From an uncultured Pseudomonadota bacterium (GTDB taxonomy: Bacteria; Pseudomonadota; Alphaproteobacteria; Rhizobiales; Beijerinckiaceae), in contig CAWIEP010000046.1 in the NCBI GenBank assembly GCA_963835115.1, positions 487 through 64,486 on the forward strand: a stretch of DNA of 64,000 bases, written 5' to 3'. Below, piece by piece: positions 42,855 to 53,277 of this stretch. Under the pieces are notes generated by a model. That model saw only the letters and a program-made list of their open reading frames with translations. It was not told where the DNA came from and did not search any database. Within the stretch, counting starts at the first letter, position 1, and every line of letters begins with the position of its first letter. Made by a program: the position numbers and the translations under genes.

Positions 42855-44832
42855 ATGCCCCTCCTCCTCAAATACCGAGGCTTCAACTACAGCGCCTATT
42901 ACAACGGCGACTACGCCGGCGACGATTCGCTGCCCGCCCTGCAATCCACCGACGCCGACGCCGCCGCGACCGATCTCGAATTCGGCCTGAATCCGCAGGA
43001 CGACACCGTCTATTCAAGCCCAACCTGGACCGACAGCGACGAAGGCCCGACCATAAGCGCCGCCGTCGCCGACGGGCTTTCGGTGATGGTCAAACCGCTC
43101 ATCGACTTTCTGCCCGGCGCCGATTTCAGCAACACCCCCTATAGCGCCGGCGAATGGCGCAGCTTCTTCAATCCGGGCGCGGCGGGGAGCGCCGCCGCCA
43201 ACGCATTCTTCGCCAGCTACAAGACGATGATCCTCGGCCAGGCCGCGCTCGCCGCCGCCAACGGCGCGACCTGGCTCAGCATCGGAACCGAACTCGATCA
43301 GATCGCCGGCGTCGCCTATAAATCCTATTGGGACGGGATCATTTCGGCGATCCGCGCCCAGTCTCCCTCGCTGAAGCTGACCTACGCCGCCGACTGGGAC
43401 GCCGACGCCGCGCCGTGGAGCGGCGTCAACGGACTCGCCGCCGGCGCTCGCAATCTGGCGACCCAAATCAGTTTCGCCAGCGAACTCGACGCCTTCGGCG
43501 TCGACGAATACGCGCCGATCGCCAACGCCGCCGACGCCACGCTCGACGACCTCATCGCCGGGTGGACGCAAACCCCCGTCGATTCCGGCGCGACGGCTGC
43601 GACCTACGCGGTCACCGGCGGCAAGTCGCTCATCGCCTATTACGAGAGCGTCGCCGCGGCGGTCGGCAAGCCGCTCATATTTACTGAAATCGGCTACGCC
43701 AACTCATCCGCCGCGGCGAGCGACCCGGCGCTTTCGAACGCCGGCGGCGCGGAAGACGACGCCTTGCAAGCCAGGCTCTACCAGGCGTTTTTCGAGGCCT
43801 GGTCGCAGGCGGGGAACAATTCGCTCGAAGGCGTCTATTTCTGGAACTGGGACCCGAACGCGTCCGAGGTCGGCGAGGGCCAGATCAATTTCAGCCCGCA
43901 GGGGCTGCCGGCGCAGGCGGTCGTAAAGCGCTATTTCGTCAGCGCCGCTCCGCTGGATTTCACCGGGGACGGCCGCTCCGACGTTTTGTTCCAGAATGCG
44001 GCGGGCGCGCTGTGGTCCTGGCAGCTCAACGGCGACGCGATTGTCGGCGGCGGCGAACTGGGATCTCCGGGGTCAGGCTGGACCTACGAAGCGAGCGCCG
44101 ACTTTTCCGGCGACGGACGCTGCGACGCGCTTTGGCTGAGCCCGACCGGAGCGCTTTGGTTTTGGGACCTGAACGGGACCGCAATCGCAGGGCGGCGGCG
44201 TCATCGGCAGCCCCGGCGGGACCTGGGCGGTCGCGGGGACCGGCGATTTCAACGGCGACGGCTACGGCGACATTCTGTTTCAGGATGCGAGCGGCGATCT
44301 CGCAGTCTGGGAGCTGAACGGGACGTCCATCGTCGGCGGCGGAATCATCGGCAACCCCGGCGTCGGCTGGACGCTGAAAGGGGTCGGCGATTTCAATGGC
44401 GACGGGCGCAGCGATCTGTTGTTCGAAAACCGGTCCGGGCTCTACGCGACCTGGACGATGGCCGGCGCCGCCATCTCGGGCGGCGCCTTTCTCGGCGATC
44501 CCGGCGCGGAATGGGCGTTCGCGGGGATCGGCGACTTCACCGCGAAGGGGACCAGCGACGTTCTGTTCGAGAACGCCAGCGGAGACTATGCGAGCTGGGA
44601 CATCGCCGACGACTCCGTTTCGAGTTTTGGGACGATCGGCGCGCCCGGTCCGGATTGGCGGCTGCAATCGATCGGGAACTACGCGAACGGCGGCGCCAGC
44701 GATCTGCTGTTCGCCGACAGCGCGAATGGCCTGCTCGCAACCTGGGACCTCGACGACCGGACAATTGTCGGCGGCGGCGATCTCGGCGTGCCGGGGGCCG
44801 GATTTTCCGTGGCCGGCGGCTCGCAAGCCTAA
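42855..44832 (+). CDS. GH113-like (clan GH-A) glycoside hydrolase with C-terminal FG-GAP/VCBS repeats, one frameshift at about 44190
   Basis: GLSVMVKPLID, FFASY, SIGTELD, LTYAADW, GVDEYAP, KPLIFTEIGY, QARLYQA, GVYFWNW; then about six DFxGDGxxDxLF repeats. Confidence 0.8.
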
Positions 44833-46041
44833 CCGACCACCCCCCTCGCCCGCAGCCGCGCCGTTTCCGCCTCGTCGTAGCCGAGCCCCGCCAGCACCGC
44901 CTCGGTATGCTCGCCGAGCCGCGGCGCCGCCCGCTCCGCCGTCAGCCCCTCCCCGTCAAACACCATCGGCGAGCGCACCGCGGGCGCCGTCCCGCCTCGC
45001 GCCCCGGTCGCGGGCAAATCCGTCCGCATCCGCCGCGCCTCGGCCTGCGGGTCCGCAAACGCCTCGGCGAGCGTGTTGATCGGCCCCGCCGGCACGTTCG
45101 CCGCTTCCAGCGCGTCGAGCAGATCGGCGCGGCGCATCTTCGCCGTCGCCGCGCTGAGCGCGCCGATATACTCCGCCCGATGCCGGATACGGTCGGCGTT
45201 GGCTGCGAACGCGGGGTCGAGGCCGAGATCGGCGCGCCCGACGATGCGTTCGAAATCGCGCGCCTGCCGGCTGTTGCCGGTGGCGACGATGACGGGGCCG
45301 TCGGCCGCCTCGAACACCTGATAGGGCACGAGATTGGGATGCGCGTTGCCCATCCGGCGCGGCGGAACGCCCGAGGCGAGATAGTTCATCGCCTGATTGG
45401 CGAGCACGGCGAGCTGCGTGTCGAACAGCGCCATGTCGATCTCGGCGCCGCGCCCGGTGAGCTCGCGGCGGCGCAGCGCCGCTTGGATGGCGATCACGGC
45501 GTAGAGGCCGGTGGAAATGTCGGCGATCGCGTAGCCGGGCTTTTGCGGTTCCTGGTCGGCCTCGCCGGTCAGGTCCATCGCCCCGCCCATGCCCTGCACG
45601 ATGAAGTCGTAGCCGGCGCGATGCGCGTAAGGCCCGTCGTGGCCGAAGCCGGTGATCGAGCAATAGACCAAGCCGCGGGTTCACCGCCGACAGGCCCGCA
45701 TAGTCGAGACCGTATTTGGCGAGGCCGCCGGTCTTGAAATTCTCGATCACCACGTCGGCCCCGGCGGCCAGCCGGCGCACGATCTCCTGGCCCTCGGGCT
45801 TCTCGAAATCGACGGCGAGCGAGCGTTTGCCGCGATTGCAGGAATGGAAATAGGCGGCGTCGAGCCGCTCGCCGTCCTCGCCCGCGAGGAACGGCGGCCC
45901 CCAGCCGCGCGTGTCGTCGCCCGTTCCCGGCCGCTCCACCTTGACGACGTCGGCGCCGAGATCGGCCAGGGTCTGACCCGCCCAGGGTCCGGCGAGAATG
46001 CGAGCGAGCTCGACGACCTTCAATCCCTCAAGCGGTTTCAA
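44829..46041 (-). CDS. CaiB/BaiF family III CoA-transferase, one frameshift
   Basis: PLEGLKVVELARILAGPW, GDDTRGWGPP, NRGKRS, VIENFK, SITGFG..GPY..RAGYD, GNAHPNLVPY, PRLGEHT. Confidence 0.93.
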
Positions 46042-46211
46042 ACGCGGCCCCCGTGCATCCGCCGCATAAGACGGCAGCCGCCGCCGCTCGGCAAGCGCGG
46101 GAGTACAGGAAACCCACTTGGCTGTTTAGATAATTTTACTCGACTGTTCCCGGTACGTTCATTGCCCGTCTCACACAAAAGTGATTCCATACAAAAATAT
46201 TGGGGCGAATC

Positions 46212-47162
46212 ATGGATTTCCGGGAGATGGACAGCGTCAGGCGATCCGTGGAATGGCCGACGGTCGCGTTGGCGGCGCTCATTTATGCGCTGTGGTTCGC
46301 CGCGACCTGGTTCTGGCGCGCGCTGCCTTTGCCGCTGCTGGCGGCGCTCGGAGGCGTCGCGGTCGCCTGGCAGATGAGCTTGCAACACGAGGTCATCCAC
46401 AACCATCCGACGCGCTGGCGCCGGCTCAACCGCGCGATCGGCAGTTGGCCGCTCGCGATTTGGTTGCCGTTCGAAGTCTACCGCATCACCCACCTCCAGC
46501 ATCACAACGATCTCCGGCTGACCGATCCGCTGGAAGACCCGGAATCTTACTATTACAACGCCGAACAATGGCGGGCGCTGGGGCCGCTGGGGCGGGCGCT
46601 GGCGCGTGCGCAATCGACGCTCGCCGGCCGGCTGGTCTTCGGACCGGCCATGGCGATGACGAGGTTCTGGGGCGGCGAGGCGAAGCGGCTGGCGCGCGGC
46701 GACATCCGACATGCGCCGATCCTCATGCGCCATCTGATTCAGACCGCGCTGGTTCTGACCTGGGTCGTCGGCGTCTGCGGGATGCCGTTCCAGCTGTATT
46801 TCTGGGCCTTCGTCTATCTCGGGACGGCGCTGGCGCTGATTCGCTCCTATGCCGAGCATCGCGCGGAGGCGGACGTCGAGAGACGCACGGCGATCGTCGA
46901 GCGGAGCTGGCTGCTCGGCCCGCTGTTCCTGTTCAACAACCTGCACGTCGTCCACCACATGCGCGCGACCCTGCCGTGGTACGAGTTGCCGCGCTGGTAT
47001 CGGCTCAACCGAGAGGCGGTCATCGCGCGCAACGGCGGACTCGTCTACCGCTCCTATTTCGACGTCGCGCGACGATATCTGTTCAAGCCGCATCACACGC
47101 CGGTGCATCCGGGTCAGGTTGTGGTCGATGCCGAGGTTCAGATCCCCGCGTACCAGTCGTAG
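46212..47162 (+). CDS. Membrane fatty-acid-desaturase-superfamily protein
   Basis: EWPTV, His boxes QHEVIHNH, HLQHH, NNLHVVHH; LTDPLEDPES; RSYAEH. Confidence 0.85.
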   Translation: MDFREMDSVRRSVEWPTVALAALIYALWFAATWFWRALPLPLLAALGGVAVAWQMSLQHEVIHNHPTRWRRLNRAIGSWPLAIWLPFEVYRITHLQHHNDLRLTDPLEDPESYYYNAEQWRALGPLGRALARAQSTLAGRLVFGPAMAMTRFWGGEAKRLARGDIRHAPILMRHLIQTALVLTWVVGVCGMPFQLYFWAFVYLGTALALIRSYAEHRAEADVERRTAIVERSWLLGPLFLFNNLHVVHHMRATLPWYELPRWYRLNREAVIARNGGLVYRSYFDVARRYLFKPHHTPVHPGQVVVDAEVQIPAYQS

Positions 47163-47921
47163 CCCTGATCTTCCCAATAGCCGCCGCGCCCGCCGTCGAT
47201 CTTGGCGAAACTGTCGACGACTTCGATCTCGCGCAGATATTTGGGCATCTTGTAGCCGAGCTGGCGCTCGACGCGCAGGCGCAGCGGCGCGCCATGCGGC
47301 ACGCCGAGCGGCGCGCCGTTCATATCGTAGGCGACGATGGTTTGTGGATGGAAGGCGTCGACGAGATCGACGCTCTCGTAATATTTCGGCGTTCTGCGCT
47401 TCGAGGCCCTCGCTGTCCATCGTGTCGAAGCAGCGGAACACGACATAGCGCGCCTGCGGCTTCAGTTGCGCGCGCGTTCAATAGCGCGCTGAGCGGGGGC
47501 GCCGGTCCATTTGCCGATGCAGCTCCAACCCTCGACGCAATCATGCCGCGTGATCTGCGTGCGCGCCGGCAAAGCCCTGAGTTCGGCGAGCGAAATGTCG
47601 AAGGGATGCTCGACGAGCCCGCTCACCTTGAGCCGGTAGCTGGCGAATTGTTCGTCGGCGAGCGCCTTGTAGTCGGCGTCGTCGGGATCGGTGCTGCCGT
47701 TGGGCTTGAAGTCGCGGGAAATGTCGGCTTCCCGGAATTCCGGCGCCAGGGTCTGCGGCGTCAGCAGCAGGCGCTGGACGAACTGGCTCGCGTCCTCGCC
47801 GGCTTGCAGCGCCGTCCGTCCCGGCCGCGTCGCCGGGATCTGGTCGCAGCCGCCGAGGGCCGCGACCCCGGTCGAGACCGAGACCGCCGATGAGGAAGCG
47901 GCGACGATCGAGGGACTTCAT
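47138..47921 (-). CDS. Molybdopterin-dependent oxidoreductase (sulfite oxidase/MsrP-like), Tat signal, frameshifted
   Basis: MKSLDRRRFL, QITRHDCVEGWSCIGKW, AFHPQTIVAY.MNG, HGAPLRLRVERQLGYKMPKY, GGYWEDQGYDWYAGI. Confidence 0.88.
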
Positions 47922-48760
47922 GCCTCCTCCTTTTCCGGCGCAATGGCGAACCATCCGGTGATCATGCCGCGCAGATTGTTGAGCGGCCCGGTCAGCAGCA
48001 CCATGATCAGATGCACGAGCACGAACAGCACCAGCAGCGTCGCGATGACGAAATGCGCCGTCCGCGCGCTCTGCCGGCCGCCGAAGAGGTCGAGCAGCCA
48101 GGGCGCGAACGAGTCCATGCCCGGCGACATCGCGAGGCCCGCCAGGATTTGCAGCGGCAGCAGCCCGAGCACGACCACGAGATAGGTCAGCTTCTGGATC
48201 ACGTTGTAGCGCGTCGCTTCCTCTCCTTTGGGAAAGTGCAGCGTCAAATGTTCGCGGACGGCCGCGGGGATCGCCCTCAGGTCCGCGCCGGTCGGGATCA
48301 GACGCCGCCGGGTCTCGCCGGAGATGAGGCCGAACAGCAGGTAGACGAGGCCGTTGACGACGAAAATCCAGGCGAACAGAAAGTGCCAGCGCCGGCCGGT
48401 CGCGAGATCCTGTTCCGCTGGCAGCGTGATCCAAGAGGGAAAGCCGCGCTCCGCCGGTTCGCCGTCGGCCTCGGAAAGCCCGAGCACGCCGGTGGTGTCG
48501 AAGCGGTGGCCGAACACCTCGAGATAGCCGCGATCCACGGGATCGCCCGAGGCGCCGATCGCCAGCAGCGGATGGCCGAACGTCGATATCTTGCCCAGAT
48601 AGAGGGCGGGATGCGCGTTGAAGATTTGCAGCCCGCTGAAGAGCAGGATCGTCATGGCGACGACGTTGATCCAATGCGTCAAGCGAATGGCCAGCGGATG
48701 GCGAAACACCAGCCGCCATGCGCCCCTCCGCTGCGCCATTTCGACCGTGCTCGCCGTCAT
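47918..48760 (-). CDS. Cytochrome b/b6-domain membrane partner (YdhU-like)
   Basis: IRLTHWIN, SGLQIFNAHP, GRRWHFLFAW, YNVIQKLTY, FGGRQSARTAHF, HLIMV, GMITGW; 4-bp overlap with the Mo enzyme gene. Confidence 0.9.
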   Translation of the reverse strand: MTASTVEMAQRRGAWRLVFRHPLAIRLTHWINVVAMTILLFSGLQIFNAHPALYLGKISTFGHPLLAIGASGDPVDRGYLEVFGHRFDTTGVLGLSEADGEPAERGFPSWITLPAEQDLATGRRWHFLFAWIFVVNGLVYLLFGLISGETRRRLIPTGADLRAIPAAVREHLTLHFPKGEEATRYNVIQKLTYLVVVLGLLPLQILAGLAMSPGMDSFAPWLLDLFGGRQSARTAHFVIATLLVLFVLVHLIMVLLTGPLNNLRGMITGWFAIAPEKEEA

Positions 48761-48892
48761 TGCTGGCTCCAGACCTTCCCGCCGACCGTTACGTTCGAGG
48801 AGACCTTCGGTTTTGGCGTTCATCCCGTTACCGCTTCGGGCTTCAATTTGTCGAGACTTTGCAATTGGCGCGGGACGCCTTAAGTAGGAGGG

Positions 48893-49045
48893 GCGGAGCT
48901 GGGGGGCGCGTCAGGACAATATTCCTCGGGGCCGTACGATCCCCATGGGGGCTGTCCCTGTCCTTGCCCGTGGGCTTGGGCATATGGTTCCCACCTACTC
49001 ACGTAGGCGCCCGGGATCACCGTTCAACGGCTTGCTCGGCTCCGC
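48893..49045 (+). ncRNA. ssrS: 6S RNA
   Basis: About 153 nt closed by GCGGAGC/GCTCCGC stem; contains TCCTCGGGGCC, GGTTCCCACCTACTCACGTAGG and CCCGGGA words typical of alphaproteobacterial 6S; directly upstream of ygfA. Confidence 0.85.
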
Positions 49046-49068
49046 GCTCATCATCTAAGGTCGGGGGG

Positions 49069-49650
49069 ATGACCCCCGACGGCTCCAAAGCGGAATTGCG
49101 CCGCGCCGCGCTCGCGCGCCGCGCCGCGCTGCCGCCGTCGGCGAAGGCGCGGTTCTCCGAGCGGCTGGCCCGCGAGGGCATGGCGTTGGCCACGCAACAC
49201 GCCCCCCGCATCGTTTCCGCCTTTCATCCCGTGCGCGACGAACCGGACGCGCTGGCGTTGCTGGCGAAACTGGCGGCGCGGGGTTTTGCGACCGCGCTGC
49301 CGGTGACGGGCCACCGGGGCGAGCCGCTCGTCTTCCGGCAGTGGCGGCCGGGCGAGCCGACCGTGCCGGGACCCATGCGCATCCCCGAACCGGGGCCGGA
49401 AGCGCCGGCGCTCGACCCGGACCTGCTGTTCGTGCCGCTCGCCGCGTTCGACCGGCGCGGCCATCGCATCGGCTACGGCGCCGGCCACTACGATTGCACG
49501 CTGGCGCGGCTAAAGGCGCTCAAGCGGATCGTCGCCGTCGGCGTCGCCTACGGCGTGTCGGAGGTCGCCGCCGTGCCCGAGGAGCCGCACGACGAGCCGC
49601 TAGACTACATCCTCACCGATTCCGAACTCATTGCGACGAAGGCGCCCTGA
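49069..49650 (+). CDS. ygfA: 5-formyltetrahydrofolate cyclo-ligase
   Basis: KAELRRAALARR, ALPV, IPEP, PDLLFVPLAAFDRRGHRIGYGAGHYD, EPHDEPLDYILT. Confidence 0.93.
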   Translation: MTPDGSKAELRRAALARRAALPPSAKARFSERLAREGMALATQHAPRIVSAFHPVRDEPDALALLAKLAARGFATALPVTGHRGEPLVFRQWRPGEPTVPGPMRIPEPGPEAPALDPDLLFVPLAAFDRRGHRIGYGAGHYDCTLARLKALKRIVAVGVAYGVSEVAAVPEEPHDEPLDYILTDSELIATKAP

Positions 49651-50465
49651 TGCGGCTTCTGTTCGTCGGCGACGTTCTCGGGCGCTCTGGCCGCGCAGCG
49701 ATCGCCGAGCATTTGCCGACGCTGCGCCAGCGCTGGAATCTCGACGTGGTCGTCGTCAACGGCGAGAACGCTGCGGGAGGGTTCGGCATCACCGAGGCGA
49801 TCCTGTTGGAGTTTCTGGAGGCCGGCGCGGACGCGGTGACGCTCGGCAATCATGCCTTCGATCAGAAGGAGGCGCTGAGTTTCATCGACCGTCAGCCGCG
49901 CCTCATTCGCCCCGTCAACTATCCCCCCGGCGCGCCGGGACGCGGCGCGGCGGTGCTGGAATGCCGCGGCGGCGCTCGCGCGCTGGTCGTCAATTTGATG
50001 GGGCGGCTGTTCATGGACGCGCTCGACGATCCATTCCGCGCCGCCGACGCCGAACTCAGCCTCGCGCCGCTGGGAGCGGCTTGCGACGTCGCCGTCCTCG
50101 ACTTCCACGCCGAGGCGACGAGCGAGAAGGCGGCATTTGCGCATTACGTCGACGGCCGCGCGAGCCTCGTCGTCGGCACCCACACCCATGCGCCGACGGC
50201 GGACGCGCGCATCCTTAGCGGCGGCACGGCGTTCATCACCGACGTCGGCATGACCGGGGACTATGACTCGGTGATCGGCATGGCCAAGGACGAGCCGATG
50301 CGGCGGTTTTTGAAAAAACTGCCGGGCGCGCGCATGGAGCCGGCGACGGGGCCGGCGACTTTGTGCGCGATCGCCGTGGAGACGGGCGCCAACGGGCTTG
50401 CGCTGAACGTCGCGCCGGTGAGGATCGGCGGCCAGCTGGCGCCGGCCGCGCCGGAGTTCTGGTAG
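49650..50465 (+). CDS. TIGR00282/YmdB-like metallophosphoesterase
   Basis: LFVGDVLG, NGENAAGGFG, TLGNH, DFHAEATSEK, GTHTH, TDVGMTG. Confidence 0.93.
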   Translation: MRLLFVGDVLGRSGRAAIAEHLPTLRQRWNLDVVVVNGENAAGGFGITEAILLEFLEAGADAVTLGNHAFDQKEALSFIDRQPRLIRPVNYPPGAPGRGAAVLECRGGARALVVNLMGRLFMDALDDPFRAADAELSLAPLGAACDVAVLDFHAEATSEKAAFAHYVDGRASLVVGTHTHAPTADARILSGGTAFITDVGMTGDYDSVIGMAKDEPMRRFLKKLPGARMEPATGPATLCAIAVETGANGLALNVAPVRIGGQLAPAAPEFW

Positions 50466-50475
50466 GGAGGCTGAA

Positions 50476-51427
50476 ATGGCCAAGGCGTTCGCATCGCGCG
50501 GCGATATGGCGGAAAAGACAATCTCCTTCGTCGAGATCGGACCCGGCGTCTACGCCTTCACGGCGGAAGGCGATCCCAACACCGGCGTCGTGATCGGCGA
50601 CGACAGCGTGATGGTTGTGGACGCGCAGGCGACGCCGGTGATGGCGCGGCGGGTGGTGGAGAAAATCCGCACCGTCACCGACAAGCCGATCAAATATGTG
50701 GTGCTGTCGCATTACCACGCCGTGCGCGTGCTCGGCGCCAGCGGCTATGGCGCTGAAGAGATCATCGCCTCGGACAAATGCCGCGCGATGATCCATGAAC
50801 GCGGCCAGGAGGATTGGGATTCCGAGTTCGAGCGGTTTCCCCGGCTGTTCCAGGCGGCGGAGTCGATCCCCGGCCTGACCTGGCCGACCATGACGTTCGC
50901 GCGCCAAATGACGCTCTATCTCGGCAAGCGGCGTGTCGATCTCCTGCATCTCGGCCGCGCCCATACCGCCGGCGACATCGTCGCCTATGTCCCCGACGCG
51001 GGCGTCATGCTGACCGGCGACATCGTCGAATACCGCTCCGCCTGCTACTGCGGCGACGCGCATTTCAACGATTGGCCGGCGACGCTCGACGCCATCGCCA
51101 GCTTTGCGCCCGAGGCGATCGCGCCGGGTCGCGGCGACGCGCTGATTGGCCGCGCCACTGTCAACGAGGCGCTGGCGCTGACGCGGGATTTCCTCGTCTC
51201 CACCTACCAGCCGGCCGCGCGCGTGGCCGCGCGCGGCGGCTCGCTCAAGGAGGCGTGGGACGGCGGTGCGCGCGGCTTGCGACCCGAAATTCGCGCAGTT
51301 CGCGATCTACGAACATTGCCTGCCGTTCAATGTCGCGCGCGCCTATGACGAGGCGCTCGGGATCGACACGCCGCGCATCTGGACGGCCGCGCGCGACAAA
51401 GAGATGTGGGCGAGCCTGCAAGGCTGA
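50476..51427 (+). CDS. MBL-fold metallo-hydrolase (family usually in hmgA neighbourhoods), frameshift near end
   Basis: MAKAFASRGD, AEGDPNTG, LSHYHAVRVLGAS, GRAHTAGD, YCGDAH, PGRG, EHCLPFNVARAYDEA. Confidence 0.85.
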
Positions 51428-51429
51428 GG

Positions 51430-53052
51430 ATGCAAAAGATCTTCGAGACGCCGCTCTATCCCTACGCGCGCTCGCCCGACCAGGACCGCGCGACGTCCCG
51501 CGCGCCATAAGGTCGTCGTCGTCGGCGCCGGGCCGGTCGGGCTCGCCGCCGCGATCGATCTCGCGCCACACGGCGTCGAGTCGTCGTGCTCGACGACAAC
51601 GACCGCGTCGGCTCGGGCTCGCGCGCGATCTGCTTCGCCAAGCGTCCGCTGGAAATTCTCGACCGGCTCGGCTGCGGCGAGCCGATGGTGGAAAAGGGCG
51701 TCGCAGTGGAAGCTCGGCAAGGTCTATTTCGACGAGCGCCAGGTGTTCGAGCTTCAACCTGCTGCCCGAGGGCGGCCACAAGCGCCCGGCCTTCATCAAT
51801 CTCCAGCAATATTATTTCGAGCATTATCTGGTCGAGCGCGCTGCGCGCGTTGCAGGCCGAGGGCGCGCCGGTCGACATTGCGCGGCAAGAACCGGGTGAC
51901 CGCGTCTGCGACGAGGGCGAGACCGACGGCGTGCGGCTGCAATCGAGACGCCCGAGGGCCCCTATCAGATCCGCGCCGATTAGGTGATCGCCTGCGACGG
52001 CGCGAATTCGCCGATCCGCGCGCATGCTGGGCCTCGACTTCATCGGCCGCATGTTCGAGGACAATTTCCTCATCGCCGACATCGTCGATGGACGCAGTCG
52101 ACTTTCCGGTCGAGCGCCGGTTCTGGTTCGATCCGCCGTTCAATCGCGGCCAGTCCGCGCTGCTGCACAAACAGCCGGACAATGTCTGGCGCGTCGACCT
52201 GCAACTCGGTTGGAACATCGACCGCGAGGCGCGAGACGAAGCCCGAGAGCGTCATTCCGCGCCTGAAGGCGTTGCTCGGCGAGACGTCAAGTTCGAGCTG
52301 GAATGGGTGTCGATCTACACGTTCCAGTGCCGGCGCATGGAAAAATTCCGCCACGGCCGCGTGCTGTTCGCCGGCGATTCCGCGCATCAGGTGTCGCCGT
52401 TCGGCGCGCGCGGCGCCAATTCCGGCCTGCAGGACGCCGACAATCTGATCTGGAAGCTGAAGCTCGTGCGTCGACGGCAAGGCGCCGGACAGCCTGCTCG
52501 ACAGCTACGACGTCGAGCGCGTCCACGGCGGCCGACGAGAACATTCTCAATTCGACGCGCTCGACCGATTTCATCACGCCGAAATCGGAGGTCAGCCGCG
52601 TCTTCCGCAACGCCGTGCTCGATCTCTCCGAGACCGTTCGCCGCGCATCCGTCCGCTGGTCAATTCCGGCCGGCTGTCCGTGCCCTGCAGTTACGACGGC
52701 TCGCCGCTCAACGGCCCCGACGATCCCGCTTTGCCGCCCGCGCACGCGTCCGGGCGCGCCCGCGCTCGACGCGCCGCTCGGCGAGGGCTGGTTGATCGAC
52801 CGCTCGGCGGCCGCTTCCAACTGCTGGCGCTCGACGTCGAGGCGCCTCGCGGGCTCGAAGTCGACGGCGTCGCCGTGGAGGGGATGCGCGCTTGAGGCGG
52901 AAACGGGCGACGCGCTCAGCGAGCGCTATCTCGGCGAGGCGGCGGCGGCGGTTTATCTGATGCGGCCCGATCAGCATGTCGCGGCGCGCTGGACGGCGTA
53001 TGACGAACACAAGGTGGGCGCCGCGTTGCGGCGCGCGATCGGGAAGGCGTGA
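51430..53052 (+). CDS. FAD-dependent aromatic monooxygenase-like oxidoreductase, multiple frameshifts
   Basis: VVGAGPVGL, GSRAICFAKR, AFINLQQY, ACDGA, FAGDSAHQVSPFGARGANSG, YLMRPDQHVAARW. Confidence 0.85.
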
Positions 53053-53277
53053 ATGGCGGCGCTCATCACCACCCCCCATATCGACGGCGCCGACGATCTC
53101 TACGCCGAACTGATCGCGCTGCATGCGGGGAAAACCCCGCAGGAGAGCGAGGCGATCAACGCCCGCCTGATTCTGCTGCTCTGCAACCATATCGGCGATC
53201 GTCAGGCGCTACGCGAGGCCTTCGCGGCCGCCACCGTCGAAGCGCCGGGCGCCGCCGCGACCAACACGCGGCGATAA
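53053..53277 (+). CDS. DUF2783 protein
   Basis: DDLYAELIALHAG...ES.AINARLILLL.NHIGD...LREA. Confidence 0.88.
   Translation: MAALITTPHIDGADDLYAELIALHAGKTPQESEAINARLILLLCNHIGDRQALREAFAAATVEAPGAAATNTRR

Noticed and set aside
43950-44830. Regularly spaced repeats as a CRISPR array
   Set aside because: Degenerate in-frame FG-GAP protein repeats, not identical DNA repeats; no cas genes
42855-45737. 960-aa ORF extending over the CoA-transferase
   Set aside because: After the indel near 44190 it reads out of frame and then antisense to caiB; the true end is 44832
47138-48760. Cytochrome b + Mo-oxidoreductase pair as a novel system
   Set aside because: A common two-gene sulfite-oxidase-family module
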